Of a stretch of DNA of 64,000 nt, positions 1-12,803 are shown one piece after another (position 1 is the stretch's first letter; every line of letters starts with the position of its first letter). The notes beneath the pieces are model-generated. The model was not told the origin of the DNA. It saw nothing but the letters and a program-made list of their open reading frames with translations, and ran no database searches. The DNA comes from Chiloscyllium plagiosum. Lineage: Eukaryota. The position numbers were made by a program, and so were the translations under genes. The stretch is taken from positions 84,396,239-84,460,238 of the forward strand of contig NC_057719.1 of assembly GCF_004010195.1 (NCBI RefSeq), written 5' to 3'.

Positions 1-628
1 CTTTCCTTTATTGGTCAGAGTATTGAGTACAGGAGTTGGGAGGTCATGTTGCGGCTGTACAGGGCATTGGTTAGGCCACTGTTGGGATATTGTGTGCAAT
101 TCTTGTCTCCATCCTATCGGAAAGATGTTATGAAACTTGAAAGGGTTCAGAAAAGATTTACAAGGATGTTGCCAGGGTTGGAGGATCTGAGCTACAGGGA
201 GAGGCTGAACAGGCTGGGGCTGTTTTCCCTGGAGCGTCGGAGGCTGAGGGGTGACCTTATAGAGGTTTACAAAATTATGAGGGGCATGGATAGGATAAAT
301 AGACAAAGTCTTTTCCCTGGGGTCGGGGAGTCCAGAACTAGAGGCCATAGGTTTAGGGTGAGAGGGGAAAGATATAAAAGAGACCTAAGGGGCAACTTTT
401 TCACGCAGAGGGTGATATGTGTAAGGAATGAGATGCCAGAAGATGTGCTGGAGGCTGGTACATTGCAACATTTAAGAGGCATTTGGATGGGTATATGAAT
501 AGGAAGGGTTTGGAGGGATATGGGCCGGGTGCTGGCAGGTGGGACTAGACTGGGTTGGGATATCTGGTCGGCATGGACGGATTGGACAGTAGGGTCTGTT
601 TCCATGCTGTACATCTCTATGACTCTAT
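1..628 (+). mobile_element. CR1 LINE 3' end (relatively intact), followed by older CR1 RT sequence
   Basis: ORF 46..498 has the CR1 ORF2 C-terminus (LYRALVRP..YCVQF..LERVQKRFTRM..RRLRGDLIEVYKI..FFTQRV); tail ends in ctctatgactctat. Confidence 0.92.
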
Positions 629-1047
629 TCAATATGGTTTTGTGAAACACAAACTATGTTTGACATATTTAATGGATTTGTCAGAGGATGTAACATGCAG
701 TATGGATAAAGGGGAACCAGAGCTGAAAAGCAGAGCTTTGTAATGTATATCCAGAAGGCATTGAAATAGGTGCGATATAAAAGATTATTTTACAAGAGGA
801 GAGCTCCTGACATTAGGGGGTAATATATTCGTATAGATTCAGGATTGGCTGACTAATATGAAACAAAGAGTATGGATAAATGAGCCATTTCCAGACTGAC
901 AAACTGTAAACATAGGGATGTCAGAGGAATTAGTGCTGGTGCTGGAACTGTTCATGGTTTGTACCAATAACTTGGGTGAAGGCATGTAATGTGTACACAC
1001 ACACACACACACTCATTTAAATGGGAAACCTACCTCCCCGGCTGCCC

Positions 1048-1133
1048 TCTGGAATGTTCCACATAATATTTTCAGGCCGCGGGGATAACTGAAACCCGGA
1101 AACCGAATCAGCGGATGTATGGGAGTTCTACTG
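1048..1133 (-). mobile_element. Terminal fragment of a Tigger/pogo-type (MER44/Tigger7-like) DNA transposon
   Basis: Reverse strand reads TA|CAGTAG..atccgc..ggtttcagttatccccgcggcctgaaaata..tggaacattccag, resembling the MER44 end as I recall it; TA flank present; only one end seen. Confidence 0.55.
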
Positions 1134-1502
1134 TAGCCCAATTTGTAAATGATACAAAGATAGGAGAGCAAGTTAAGAGGAGTCTGCAAAAGGATATAGT
1201 TAGGTATTCAAGTATAATATTGGAAAATTAGAGGTTTGGTACTTTAGCAGTAGGAATAGAAAAGTAGATTATTATTGAACAGGAGAAAGATTGCAGAATG
1301 CTGTACGAATACAGAATACTACAGGTTACAGTGGGATCTGTGTATCTTTATACATGAATAACAAAATGTAAAGGAGCAGATACAACATGAAATTAGGAAA
1401 GCAAATGGAATTTTGGCCTCTATTGCAAGAGGAATGGAATATAAAAGTAGAGAAATCTTGCTGCAATTCCACTTTCTCACAGGTAAAACCCAGCAGTTTA
1501 TG

Positions 1503-1853
1503 TCATAGAAGTCATAGAATCCCTACAGTGTGGAAACAGGCCCTTTGGCCCAACAAGTCCACACTGACGCTCCAAAGAGTAACCCTCCTGACCCACTTCC
1601 TCCTCCATTATCCCACATTTACCTCTGACTAATGCACCTAACCTACATGTCCCCGAACACGATGGGCAATTTAGCGTGGCTAATTCACCTAAGCTGCACA
1701 TCTTTAGATTGTGGGACGAAACCGGAGCACCTGGTGGAAACCCACGCAGACACGGGGAGAATGTGCAAACTGCACACAGGCAGGCGCCCGAGGCTGGAAT
1801 CGAATCTGGGTCCCTGGCGCTGTGAGGCAGCACTGCTAGCCACTGAGCCGCCC
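1503..1853 (-). mobile_element. HE1-type tRNA-derived V-SINE with CR1-type 3' tail
   Basis: tRNA-like head (ggcggctcagtggctagca..gattcgattcc), V-domain (gtttgcacattctccccgtgtctgcgtgggtttcc), tail ending in (ttctatga)n. Confidence 0.9.
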
Positions 1854-3984
1854 TTTTTTTATCCAAAGAATATGAACCCTCTTTATGTCATAGAATCCCT
1901 ATAGTGTGGAAACTGGCCCTTCCCCAACAAAACGGGGAAGAGAAAAAGCAAATTTTCAGCAGAAATACACATGTAAACATTTTAGATCGCACTTCAGAAC
2001 AGATTTGGAAGAGTTTTTCAGAATGAAAGGAGATCACACTGAAACCCACAAAATACTTAAAACAGTTGGAAACATTGAAGATAGGTGCAGGAATAGGCCA
2101 TTCGACCCCTTGAGCCTGCTCCATTATTCAATATGGTCATGAGTGATCATTGAGCTCAATACTCTAATACCACCCTCAAATCCCTTGATCCGTTCAACAC
2201 AAGAGCTATGTCTATGTCCTTCTTGAAAACACAATGTCTTGGCCTCAACCACTTTCTATTAGTGAATTCCACAGGTTTACCACTCTCTGGATGGAGAATT
2301 TTTTTCTCAGCTTAGTCCTAATAGGTTACCACTTATCCTTAAACTATGACCCCTGATTCTGGACTCCCCCACCAGGAACATCATTCCTTTGTCTAAACTG
2401 CCCAGTTCTGTTAAAATTGTATGGGTTCCTAAAGATCCCCCCTCATTCTTGTGGGCTCCAATGAAGATCCAACCCTCAGCAACCTACTTTCTCCCCATAG
2501 GTCAGTCTTGCCATCCCAGGAATCAATTTGATCAAACTTTGCTGAACACCTTCTACAGCAAGAATATTGCACACAATATTCCAGGTGTGGCCTTATATCA
2601 ATGCCCTGTGTAATTGCAGCGAGACATCCTTATTTCTGTATTCAAATTGTCTCGCTATAAAGGCCAACATACAGTCTGCCTTTTTTACTGCCTGCTGCAT
2701 CTCCGTGCTCACTTTCAGCAACTGATGCACAAGGACATCCAGGTCTCACTGAACATTCTCCTCTCTCAATTTACAGTCATTCGAATAACAATAGGTTAGA
2801 TGGACAGGATAGATGCAGGTAAGATGTTTTCTCTGTTTTGGGGGCTGTAGAATGAGGAGCACAATTTGAAAATAAGGGGGTGTAATTTCAGGCTAAGATG
2901 AGGAGAAATGTTTTTACTCAGTGGGTGGTGAATCTTTGAAATTCTCTACCCAAGAGGCCATGGAAGCTTAGTCTTTGAGTACGTTTAAGGTAGAGATTAA
3001 TTACCAGTGGTGAGTTATGGGATGGTGTAGGTAAAAGGCATTAAAGTGTTCAATTGGCCATGGTCGCATTAAAAATGGCAGAGTACTCTCGATGGGCCGA
3101 GATGTCCCATTCTTATGTAAAAACGGATCAAGACATTGATATGTCAGAAATACGATCAATTGACAGATACTGCAGCTGACTCAGCACAATGTTGGGAGGA
3201 ACGTTCAGTTCATTGTCAACAGTTCGCTTCAGGGAGAAGCTGAAACACTCAAATCAAATATAGAAATGATGTGAGATTTGTGCCAATGTGTCTAATTTGC
3301 ATCTCTTTGAATGAAACAGCTATTCAAATTCACAAAACTCTCACTAATGTTTCAAAGAAAAATATCAGCCCACAATGATCAAATTCAACAGGTTTATCCA
3401 GATTCGTATGGGTAAATATAACAAAACTATGTAGATAATCCTAACAGAGATGTGGTGTATTTTTTTTTTGTCTAAGGAGTTAATGAACTTAAAAAAGGAC
3501 AAAGAATCGTGTGAGACATTTTGTTATTATTTACTGATCTACCTGTTTTAATTATTTGTTTGGCAGTTTAAGCCTTGAACAAAGTCAGATTTTAATGTTA
3601 TTCTGTCACTTCTGAAGGCTAGGAGCGTTGATCAGAGGTTCATAACTTAATGAAGATTTTATTACCCTGAACAGTGTCATATTCTGGCTGAACATCAGGA
3701 CAACTCAGCATTAACCACCCATGAAATCAAAATAGTTCAAGTGCAAAGGGTAAAAAAAAACCAAAATGAGAATCTGGTGTTCCTTTTTTCAGACCTGCCA
3801 TGTATTTCCAATGGGTCTTTTTTTAAATATCTATGAAACTTTATTCCACCAGGTGTCAGCACTGAGAGAAGGGAGAATTCTCAGTGAATAATCCTAAGGA
3901 GCAACCACATTAACATGTACATTTTTCTGAAAGTACAAACCCCAAAATAACCAGGAACAGGACACTGCTACCTAACACACTAAC

Positions 3985-4131
3985 CATCAATGCCATTGTG
4001 TTGCTCATAGCTCCGCTTGCCCAGGATGGTTGGAGAGCTGTGATTTAAAATAGGCATCAGCTTGGCAGGTGTCACGTTGCTGATGTGCAAACTGACGTTG
4101 GGACGGTCTTGCTTCGGGCACGGATGGGCCT
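3985..4131 (-). CDS. MTA1: MTA1-like exon (exon 17 equivalent): (E)AHPCPKQDRPNVSLHISNVTPAKLMPILNHSSPTILGKRSYEQHNGID
   Basis: 147 bp, cgcAG / GTtagt borders; SPTILGKRSYEQHNG is an MTA1-type motif. Confidence 0.92.
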
Positions 4132-4719
4132 CTGCGGACAACAACAAGCAGGTCAAAATTCAGATGGCTGTCACACAGTGTATTTCACAACATCAGGACA
4201 TCTCAAACTGCTTTACAACAATTCAAGTATTTTTGAAGTCTGGTCCCTTTTGTTTATGAGAATCCGGTGATTATACATCATTGTCCCCTGATGTTGTTGA
4301 CTTTTCCTATGGTTCACTTCCATAGTGCCCAGCAAGCATGGGTATTCTTCAATCTGAGCCCAGCTAGGACGTGATGCCCATCTGTATCACATCTGACTCT
4401 TCTTCCAGACAACATCCAAAAATGTCGTCATGATTTGTATACTTTCTAGCTTAGGTTGATGGATGCTGCTTAGGACCAGCAGCATTGTTTGATATATTTT
4501 TGGAACATCACTAAGCACCAGAAGAGATTACATTATGAATAGAGTATTAAAAATTGAGAGAGAATAGGAAGGCAGAGTGCCTTTTTGCTTTAATACATGT
4601 TCACACACACTTGAGGCATTGAGTTTTTAAAACCTGTTTACCGGTTTAGCGAATAGAGCAACTAGACAAGTTTGAGATATCCACCTCTTTTTTTAATATC
4701 TACACAATCTATTCTAATA

Positions 4720-5148
4720 TTTTATATTCTCAAAATCAAACATTTTGATGGTGTGTTTATCTCATTTATATTAATATTTTCCCAGACACATGTTATGCAA
4801 CATGTTTTTAGCTATCTAAAAGAGGTGATACAAACATTATTTTACATATTGTCTAGCTATCATCATTGTTAACAGCTAACCCGAGAATGCAACTTTAAAA
4901 AAAAGGGTTTTGTGATTTACACATGAAAGAAGTGAAACTATCACTATATTCTAACAGATGAAAGGCTTAACAGACAATCAATTCTTCAATGTATAATTTC
5001 AGTTACATCACACTGCAAATTTTTGCTATAAATTCTGTGTTACGATCGAGCCCTCCACAATCACCTGATGAAGGAGCGTCGCTCTGAAAGCTAGTGTGCT
5101 CCCAATTAAACCTGTTGGACTATAACCTGGTGTTGTGTGATGTTTAAC
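4720..5148 (+). mobile_element. Penelope-like element 3' part/pLTR (family B)
   Basis: Shares sequence with copies at 49.6-49.9 kb, 59.3-59.6 kb and 62.6-62.8 kb (aaacctgttggactataacctggtgttgtgtga); carries a hammerhead motif; left boundary approximate. Confidence 0.65.
5062..5096 (+). ncRNA. Minimal type I hammerhead ribozyme motif (family B)
   Basis: cac-CUGAUGA-aggagc gtc gctct-GAAA-GC-UA-gtg: intact core, stem II, stem I cac/gtg, palindromic AGCU at stem III. Confidence 0.75.
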
Positions 5149-5359
5149 ATTATTTTATTTGTTTACGTTTCTAATATGGTCTCACTAGACAAGGTCTGCC
5201 TATTTTATTTCTGCTCAGAGCAGTTTTAGCATTCAAAGACTTAATCAGTTATGAACTGCGAACACTAACAATAACCTTCGAATAATCAGAATTGCAAATG
5301 TTTGATCAGATTATGAAGCGCTTTACCAACACTGGTTACTAATTCAGGCTGATTCTTAC

Positions 5360-5449
5360 CGAGGTATTCCACAATTGTTTCCAAGGGTTTCCTAGCTGCT
5401 CGTTTCAATCCTGTGATCTGTATTGGTACTGCAGGTAACCGCAGTGTAT
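5360..5449 (-). CDS. MTA1: MTA1-like exon (exon 16 equivalent): (Y)TLRLPAVPIQITGLKRAARKPLETIVEYL
   Basis: 90 bp, gctAG / GTaag borders; RKPLE..YL motif as in MTA1. Confidence 0.9.
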
Positions 5450-6253
5450 CTAGCACATAAAGGAGAGGTAGGTTGTTTTAGATGTCGTCAGTCCTCTAGC
5501 ACAATCTTAAATTCTCTCAATTTCATTTCATAAGAACAGGTGTCATGAGGTTATTTCTCCTCTGGGCCTGGATTCAGAGCCTTCATCAGCTGACCAGATG
5601 AAAGTCACTTTTCTCTGCTGGCTGTAAAAAGTCCCATTTGTAGACCTACTCAACTGAGCTTCTAGTGGGCCTGGGCCTACAGCATATACTTGGCACTAAT
5701 TGACATTTCCAGTTTGACGGGTGACAAGCAGGCTGCTGAATCACAGAATAACTGCAGTGTAAGAGGCCATTCTGCCCATCATTTCAGCACTGGCTTTCCT
5801 AATGAGCATTTCACTCACTGCTATTCATGGGTTACAGGGATAGAGTGGGGGGTGGAGGATGGATCCAGGTGGGATGCTCTTCAAAAGGTCGGTGTGGACT
5901 CAAAAGGCCAAATGGTTTACTTTGACACTGTAGGGATTCTATGATTCCTTTTTACTATAACCTTTCACATTGTTCCCTTCTGAACTTGCAGAAAGAAATA
6001 ACAGGAGATACAACACAAAAGTAGGTCATTTGGTTCATGGTGACTACTTTTCTTGTTCACGGTATGAGATAGTTCTCTGATACATCTCCACAGACTCACA
6101 TATTTATCCGACTTAAAAGTAATTATCCAATTTCCCTTCGAAAAGTGTCACAGAATTTGTTTTGATCATCAGAGAGGTGCTAGTACTCAGACAAAGTATC
6201 TCTCACATTTTGGGAGTAGACTTGAAACATAAATGCTAATTCTCTGATTTAGG

Positions 6254-6444
6254 TCAGAAGTCACATGACACCTGGTTTTAGTCCAACAGGTTTATTTTAA
6301 ATCACAAGCCAACAGAGTGCTGTCCCTTTGTCAGTGAAGTTCTGAAAGCTTGTGATTTCAAATAAACCTTTTGGACTATAACCCGGTATCATGTGACTTC
6401 TGACGTTGTCCACCCCAGTCCAACACTGGCAACTCCACATCACA
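6254..6444. mobile_element. Short fold-back Penelope-derived element (family B) with target-site duplication
   Basis: Inverted arms (tcagaagtcacatgac..cacaagc / gcttgtg..atcatgtgacttctga); ctctgatttagg repeated at 6242-6253 and 6449-6460. Confidence 0.75.
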
Positions 6445-7827
6445 AATCCTCTGATTTAGGCTATGTTTGAGCTGAGGATATAATGGCACTGGACTAGAGT
6501 TGGGGCTGCAACATTTTGTTGGATGTGCTTGCTTTCTCAGGTTTATCCACAGACTTGTGGAAGCCAGACAATGGCTCAAACAGGGAAGACTTAACAAGCA
6601 AAGCTGGCCAGTTCCAAGCCAATGGAACCCTGTGGAATCTACATTTAAACTCAGGCCAGAAAATCTAATACTACAAGTTTTGAGGACAAGGACAATAAGT
6701 CTGAACAGTGTAGTATGAGCACCACGAATGAAGAGAGACATGTTGCTAAAGCTTTTCACCTTGCACCACGGCAAAAGTGCCAAATTTCAAACAATCTCAC
6801 TATTTCTACTACAAGAGAAAAGGGTACTGATTGGCAGTATTCAAGTTGTGCGCTAACAAGCAACTATTTGTATGCCTGGAGCATGTGCAGGTCAAAACAC
6901 AAAAGTGTCAGAAATTAAAGCAAATTAGAAAGATGATATTTTGTTTTATTTCTACTTTCCAAACCACATTAGTCCATTTATACCCAGCAAATAACATGAA
7001 CGCAATCCATCCATTTTCTGAGACACTGCTCAAGGGAACTGTTACACAAGAATTAGGAGGAGTAGGTTATACTTCCCAAAAAGCCTGCTCTGTACTTCAG
7101 TGGGACCGTGACTTTTAGCCTTAACTCCATTTTCCTGACTGATGACCAAAGCTCTTGTCACCTTTGTTGATCAAAAATCTGTCTAGTTTAAGCCTTGAAT
7201 ATATTCAATAATTCAGTCTCCACTGCTTTCTGTGGAAGAGAATTCAAAACGCTAAGAACCGTCTAAGAAAATAAATTTCTTCTCATCTCCATCATAAATG
7301 GGAGAATCCCTATTATTAAGCTGTGCTCCCAGTTATAGATTCACCGATGAAAATCTACATGTCAAGCATTTAAAGAATCTTCTACCTTTTATTAGGATCA
7401 TTTCTCATTTCTCTAAATTCCACTGAGCATACACCCAATCTTTCTTCAAAAAACATCTCTATCCCAGGAATCAGCCTACAGAACATTCTCAGAGCTGCTT
7501 CAATTGTACCATACCTCTTGTTAAGAAATGCGATCAAAACTGCACACATTACTCCATGCACCATCTCACTAATGCCTTGTAGACTTGTTGCGAGATGTTC
7601 CCACCAGTTAATTTTGGCTGGGACTTCCTGTCAGATAAAGACAAGTCTGGGTAATGGAAAGTGACCATCACATGAGGCCTAAACCTAGCAAGAGTAACCT
7701 CGATTGGGGAATAAGGCAACTTGCGAGAAAAGACTAATTTCCTCATTAGCAAAGCATTCTGAAGTCTGGGGATAACTTACTCACTCAATATCTGTTAATA
7801 TTACTCTGATGTTACCTTGGTACTTAC

Positions 7828-8011
7828 ACTCTGCCTTGATGGCTGTGATGTTAATTGGCACATGGGGGTGCCGTGCTGCCTGTTGCAAAATGTCTTGACA
7901 TAGACGCCTGGCCATTCTTGTCAGTTTGTTTGTATTCAGATAAAAAGCCTGCCTTGTCTTCAGGGCGAACTTGGGACTGCTGCTGTTCCGAACCGGCAGA
8001 CCCTGGGCATT
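7828..8011 (-). CDS. MTA1: MTA1-like exon (exon 15 equivalent): NAQGLPVRNSSSPKFALKTRQAFYLNTNKLTRMARRLCQDILQQAARHPHVPINITAIKAE
   Basis: 184 bp, polypyrimidine tract plus aAG acceptor, GTaagt donor; lies within ORF 7781..8035. Confidence 0.9.
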
Positions 8012-9009
8012 CTTGGGAGAGAAGTAAAACAGCAATTGTTAAAACAGACTCACAGAGGAAAAAAAAATAAACTGAACTGGAGGGATCAGCACAGATAACT
8101 CGGTGGCATGGAACTGATGGTGCAACAAGGGAATGCACTAAAGACAGTCGTCTGGTAACTGTCCGATCTTAGAAGGAGGTGCGCAAAGTAATCACTTCCG
8201 TACATAATAGTGATAGAAGAAAGATCATCAAGGGCAGTTGGAGGCTGCACCAAGATCTCATTATCGAGAAATGCCACTGCATATTAAATATATTAAAGAT
8301 GACTAATGTCTGCACTTATATAACACCTCATCACATGCATAGGCATTGCATATGCAAGTTGGACAGCTAATTTAGGCAAAGTAAGTCTACTAACAGTGCT
8401 GATTAATCAACGGGATTGAGGTGAGCAATCAATAAATCTGTTTAGGAAGGCTTTGGTTGAGCAATGTTAGTTTGAACACAGGAAGAACACTTCTGCTTTC
8501 ATCTGAATAGTGCTGTGCAATCTTCAATCTCATCAAAAAAGCCAGATTTAATATCGTGTTTGATTTTCAGCCATTCTCAACAGTGCAGCATTCCTTTAGC
8601 ACTGCACTAAAGTGTAAATGGAGATTATTCACTTCAGCCTTTAGCAGGGTTTTAATGCATCACTTTCTGACTCAAAAGGCAGGTTTGCTACCTACATTCA
8701 ATCAAACTGACTTCGCAAACTGTTTGTCATTGGGCTGATTTCAGTCAGGGTAAGATCAGAGGTGCTACAATTTCTCCACAGTGTTAAGGAGCAGTGGTTC
8801 CTGCCCTAACACTGGACAGGCACCAGATCAAATCTGACTGCAATCTATTCAAACTCTAAAAAAGCACAACTTCTCGGTGAGGACTTGGAGGCTGTCCTTG
8901 GATGTGGACTGCAACAAGCAGTCAGTCTCTCGAGGTAGAAAAGGAAAGCGAATAAACCAACAGAGATCAGCTGAAAAAACTGGTGCGATCTAAAGCACTT
9001 GGGAGTTAC

Positions 9010-9161
9010 CAGATTATTCCGGTTTGGTCCCGGCCTTTCACCATCTAGCCGGGTTGGCATCTTCAGTCCACCGTATTTCTTCCAGTAGGCCCAACAGGCT
9101 GCGCAGAGTCGGCACTGCATGGTGGGTGGGCCCCACGAGTACCACTGATATGATTGATTGG
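9010..9161 (-). CDS. MTA1: MTA1-like exon (exon 14 equivalent), GATA zinc finger: (T)[50 protein letters not shown]
   Basis: 152 bp, caccAG / GTaac borders. Confidence 0.95.
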
Positions 9162-9473
9162 CTGGTGAAACAAAAAGATGAAGTAAATTGCAAGTTTGCT
9201 CCCCTTTTGTTTATTTTGTTGCATTAGTACTGGCTGGTCAGGCATGCAGCACAGTCTCAGCAGGGATTAATGGGACATGATGCTTAGGTCCCATGTCTTG
9301 TTCACTTAAGCAGCCCAACTGGATTTGAAAGGTTGGTGTAAATCAAAGGCTCCTGTAAGTCCGCAGACCCTCTTGACACTGCAGCTCAATAGCTGGCACC
9401 ATCTAAAGCTCTCAAGATCATGGTCATGTTGGACCACATGATACCTTTGCTTTGTGATTCCAAGAGTACTTAC

Positions 9474-9604
9474 TGTAACAGCTCTCGCAAGCTCGTCCCG
9501 GTCCTGGCACTGCCACTGCTCCATTTGGTGCCAGCGCACTCCCTCCATTCATTGTTCCAGTCTTTGAGCTGCTTCCATTGATCTGGTTTGGGTTTGGCTT
9601 ATTA
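9474..9604 (-). CDS. MTA1: MTA1-like exon (exon 13 equivalent): NKPNPNQINGSSSKTGTMNGGSALAPNGAVAVPGPGRACESCY
   Basis: 131 bp, ccttAG / GTaagt borders; first CxxC of the GATA finger. Confidence 0.93.
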
Positions 9605-11449
9605 CTAAGGGGCAGGATGGGAGAAAAGGCAAAAAAAGTTTCTTTAGAGTAACACTACAGGCGGGATTTTCAGTCAGGGTAAGGAATCAGAAAGTGGGGC
9701 TGGCTCCAGGTGCTGGTCCCACACACTAAACTTTAGGCACATACATTGCAATTTTCAATGATCCAGTCAACTAAAGGCCATGGAGTGGGGCTACCATTCA
9801 AATTGGGATTTCGAGTGGGTTTCCAACAGAACACCATTCAGCACTTGGTGATTAGCAGCTCGAAATGGAGATGATTAGGTAATTCCCTTGGCAATTACAT
9901 TTGGAGTAAGTGATTGGGATTGACGGTTTACGGAATTTCTCTCAGTTGATGGTCATCCACTCATTGTATTTTGCTGAGGAAATAATCCTAGTTGCCTTGT
10001 GAAACTTTACTATAGTTTCGGTAACTATAGTTTGTAAAGATCATACTTAAGTGGACTCTAATGTTTTCAAATAGGCTTTGTTTTTGCACAAGCTCTGCTT
10101 CACTCACCTATAGTGTGCATTTGCTCATCTACCAGCCAGACAGTAAAAGCAGGAGACCCTTGCTTATAGAGCAGATTCTCAGGACCATTTACTTCTTTTG
10201 TTGGCAATTGCAAACAGCAAAGCCCATAAATGATAAATGTCAGGATAATCTGCCTATTCTGATTGTAGCGTAATTAGTTGAGTGCAGAACTTTGGCCAGC
10301 ACATCTTTGGAACCTTTAGTGGCCATCTGAACAGGTAGACATTGCAACTATTTAAGCAGCACCTCAAGAGACAGCCATCCCTCAATACCACTGTGAAGAA
10401 CAAAAGCAATACCTTCAGCCCCACCACATTTCTACCCAACTTATTAGTTTTTATCCCCCTCTCCCCCTCCACCGCTTCATTCATTTATTTTGGATTTTTG
10501 AATTTTAACTAGTGGTATATAGGTTTTCTGTATATCTGAAGAGGGTTAATGATTAACTTGTAGGTACTTCTGTAGCCATGGAGACTTATTTTTATTTCAA
10601 CAATCTGATATCATGTTGCATTACTAATGGTAATTTGTTTATACTGGGGAAGTTTTCGAGAGAATAAAGGATATCGTACATTAGACTTTCAGACAGAAGT
10701 TTCTCAGACTTTCTTTTGGACTAATGGGAAACCCCCATCGCTTGGGGTTTTAAAAAAAACTCTTTATGGTAACTTTTGGACAGCTTGCAGAAGTCTTGGC
10801 TGAATCTAGAAGTCTAAAACAGTAGGTTCTGAGAATGGAGGGATAGTTTAGGAATGTTAAGAAGGTGGTTACTTCAGAGCAAGGAGTTTAGTATAAAAGT
10901 TCCAGAACAGAGGTATTTGATTAAGACCCTGAAGGGGTTAGCTGAAGCTGAGAAAATCCAAGCTCAATTGTATGAAGCTCACAGGAAGGGACTATCAAAT
11001 TCTTAAGATAGGGTATTGAAGCAAATTAAGCCTTATAGATGTGAAATGGAAGGGAATTCTCACTGGGTGAGCTCTGTAAAGGAGGATATTTTGGGATTTA
11101 ATGGGATTGTATTTTACCCTGTGCTTCAAAATCATTAGATATATGCAATATATAAATAGTTTGTTATATTCTATTTTGTCTTTATTACTTCTGTATAACA
11201 AACTTTTCAAAATATCTTTGCAGGAGCACGGTGCAGGAAATAACCTAGAAATGATTGTGAGGTTCCCATGCCCACTTTGAAAGTCTCATCTATGGTCCTC
11301 TGACTCTGGCCTCCTGGGCATCATGTCCTCCTATCACTCAATCAGCTGGCAGCCATGCCTTTTTTTTAAGATTAGATTCCCTTCAGTATGGAAACAGGCC
11401 AATTCTGGAATCTCAATCTCAGTCTTTTCACGAGACTTGTCTCCTGTGG

Positions 11450-11790
11450 CTAAAGTGCTAGCACTCTTTCTCTGAGTCAGAAGATTATGGTTTAAGTGCT
11501 ACTCCAGAACAGTGAGCACACAACTCTAGGCTTAACTATAGAACTGGGGGAGTTCTGCATTGTTTTTCAGATGCTATTTCAAGTTGTAGGATGTAACAGT
11601 TGTAGGCTGGCCAATACTTATTCCTTAAACAACATTAGCTCATTTGATCATTACCATACTGGTGTTTGTGGGACCTTTCTGTATGTGTTTTCTATATTAT
11701 AACAGTGATTGCAGTTTAAATTACCTCTTGCCTACAGCAAGCTGTGATAGCTTGATGTTTTGAAAAGTGCTAAAATTTTATTTCTTTAAG
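11450..11790 (+). mobile_element. Degenerate tRNA-headed SINE, DeuSINE/SacSINE1-like
   Basis: Head gcactctt..ctgagtcagaagattatggtttaagt; similar decayed copies near 8450-8700, 14580-14920, 25935-26020 and 57130-57420; family name from memory. Confidence 0.5.
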
Positions 11791-12226
11791 ACCCTTTATT
11801 AAAGTCACCCTTGACCCATTCCATTACCTCTTCTTCAACTATGGTATTTGAGAAGTACAATGGTTGTCCATATATAAACAGGTCAGATAAGTGTGATTGT
11901 TCTGAATACAGTTGAAGAAGCATAGATTCAAAGTTTTTTTTAAAAAGTCAAAGCAGCTCTACGATACATTCATCAATGTGCTGTATTGTTCTATGTTCTA
12001 AATGTCGTGATGCATGGAGTTAAGAAGATCCCATTACCACAAAAGCTTACAATGCAGAAACCAGCAGTGACTAGTTAGAGAAAGTGAAGTGTGATGGAAA
12101 AAGAGACACAGCCCAGTATTCACAGGGACTGGTGCTAATGATAACATGGACCAATATCAGGCTTTTTGACATTTTGCAAGCAACTGAATTGGACACAGAT
12201 GAGAAGGTGAGAAAAGAAGTGCTTAC

Positions 12227-12285
12227 TAGTTAGGAATGTACACTTGCTTCAGTTTGCTTTCTGCTTCAGCTGCTTTCAAGCGTTT
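12227..12285 (-). CDS. MTA1: MTA1-like exon (exon 12 equivalent): KRLKAAEAESKLKQVYIPN(Y)
   Basis: 59 bp, tttAG / GTaag borders. Confidence 0.95.
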
Positions 12286-12728
12286 CTAAATGAAAGATAA
12301 TGAGAGATCAGAGCTAATACTTGGTCAAAAAAAAAAGGCCAGTGGTCTGGAGGCTCAAATTTATCATCTGTTACAACTTGTCTTTTAATAAGCCTCAGCA
12401 GTTCATCAACTGCAATGATATGGATTTACCATCTGAGCAGTCGCATAAATGTCTGGTTAGCAGTGAAATATGACATCAGTGTTACAATTACCATGAGAAT
12501 CACTGCAGGAGTCGGCTGGTCAATTGAATAAATAGGTTGGTTAAAAGTTAGAAATCGGATAGGTGGTAAGACATGTGGTTCCAAGGTAAATGTTGGTCAA
12601 GTTGCAATAGCAGCAAAAGCATATCTGAAACAGTTTGCTCCAAACAGTGGTTGACAAATGGTAGCAAGTTTACAGAACCTACAACACCATCCTAAAAACA
12701 AAGTCATCAGTAAGTATATAGAAGTTAC

Positions 12729-12803
12729 CTGTTGCACATATCGGTCAGTGGTTTTCCACATGTAGTAGTACTCTACGATGCTGGTTAATGACTTCCAGGG
12801 CAA
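12729..12803 (-). CDS. MTA1: MTA1-like exon (exon 11 equivalent), [29 protein letters not shown]
   Basis: 75 bp, cttAG / GTaac borders. Confidence 0.95.

Larger units (their letters stand above)
629..3115 (+). mobile_element. Old degenerate CR1 LINE interrupted by several younger insertions
   Basis: Recognisable decayed CR1 RT and 3' segments at about 629-980, 1135-1470, 2010-2075 and 2795-3115. Confidence 0.65.

Noticed and set aside
1780..1853. tRNA-like A/B boxes (also in the other SINE heads)
   Set aside because: SINE heads followed by V-domain and LINE tail; not tRNA genes.
3170..3240. Possible next MTA exon after a tttcAG acceptor on the minus strand
   Set aside because: Hits a stop after three codons in the required phase and has no similarity to MTA.
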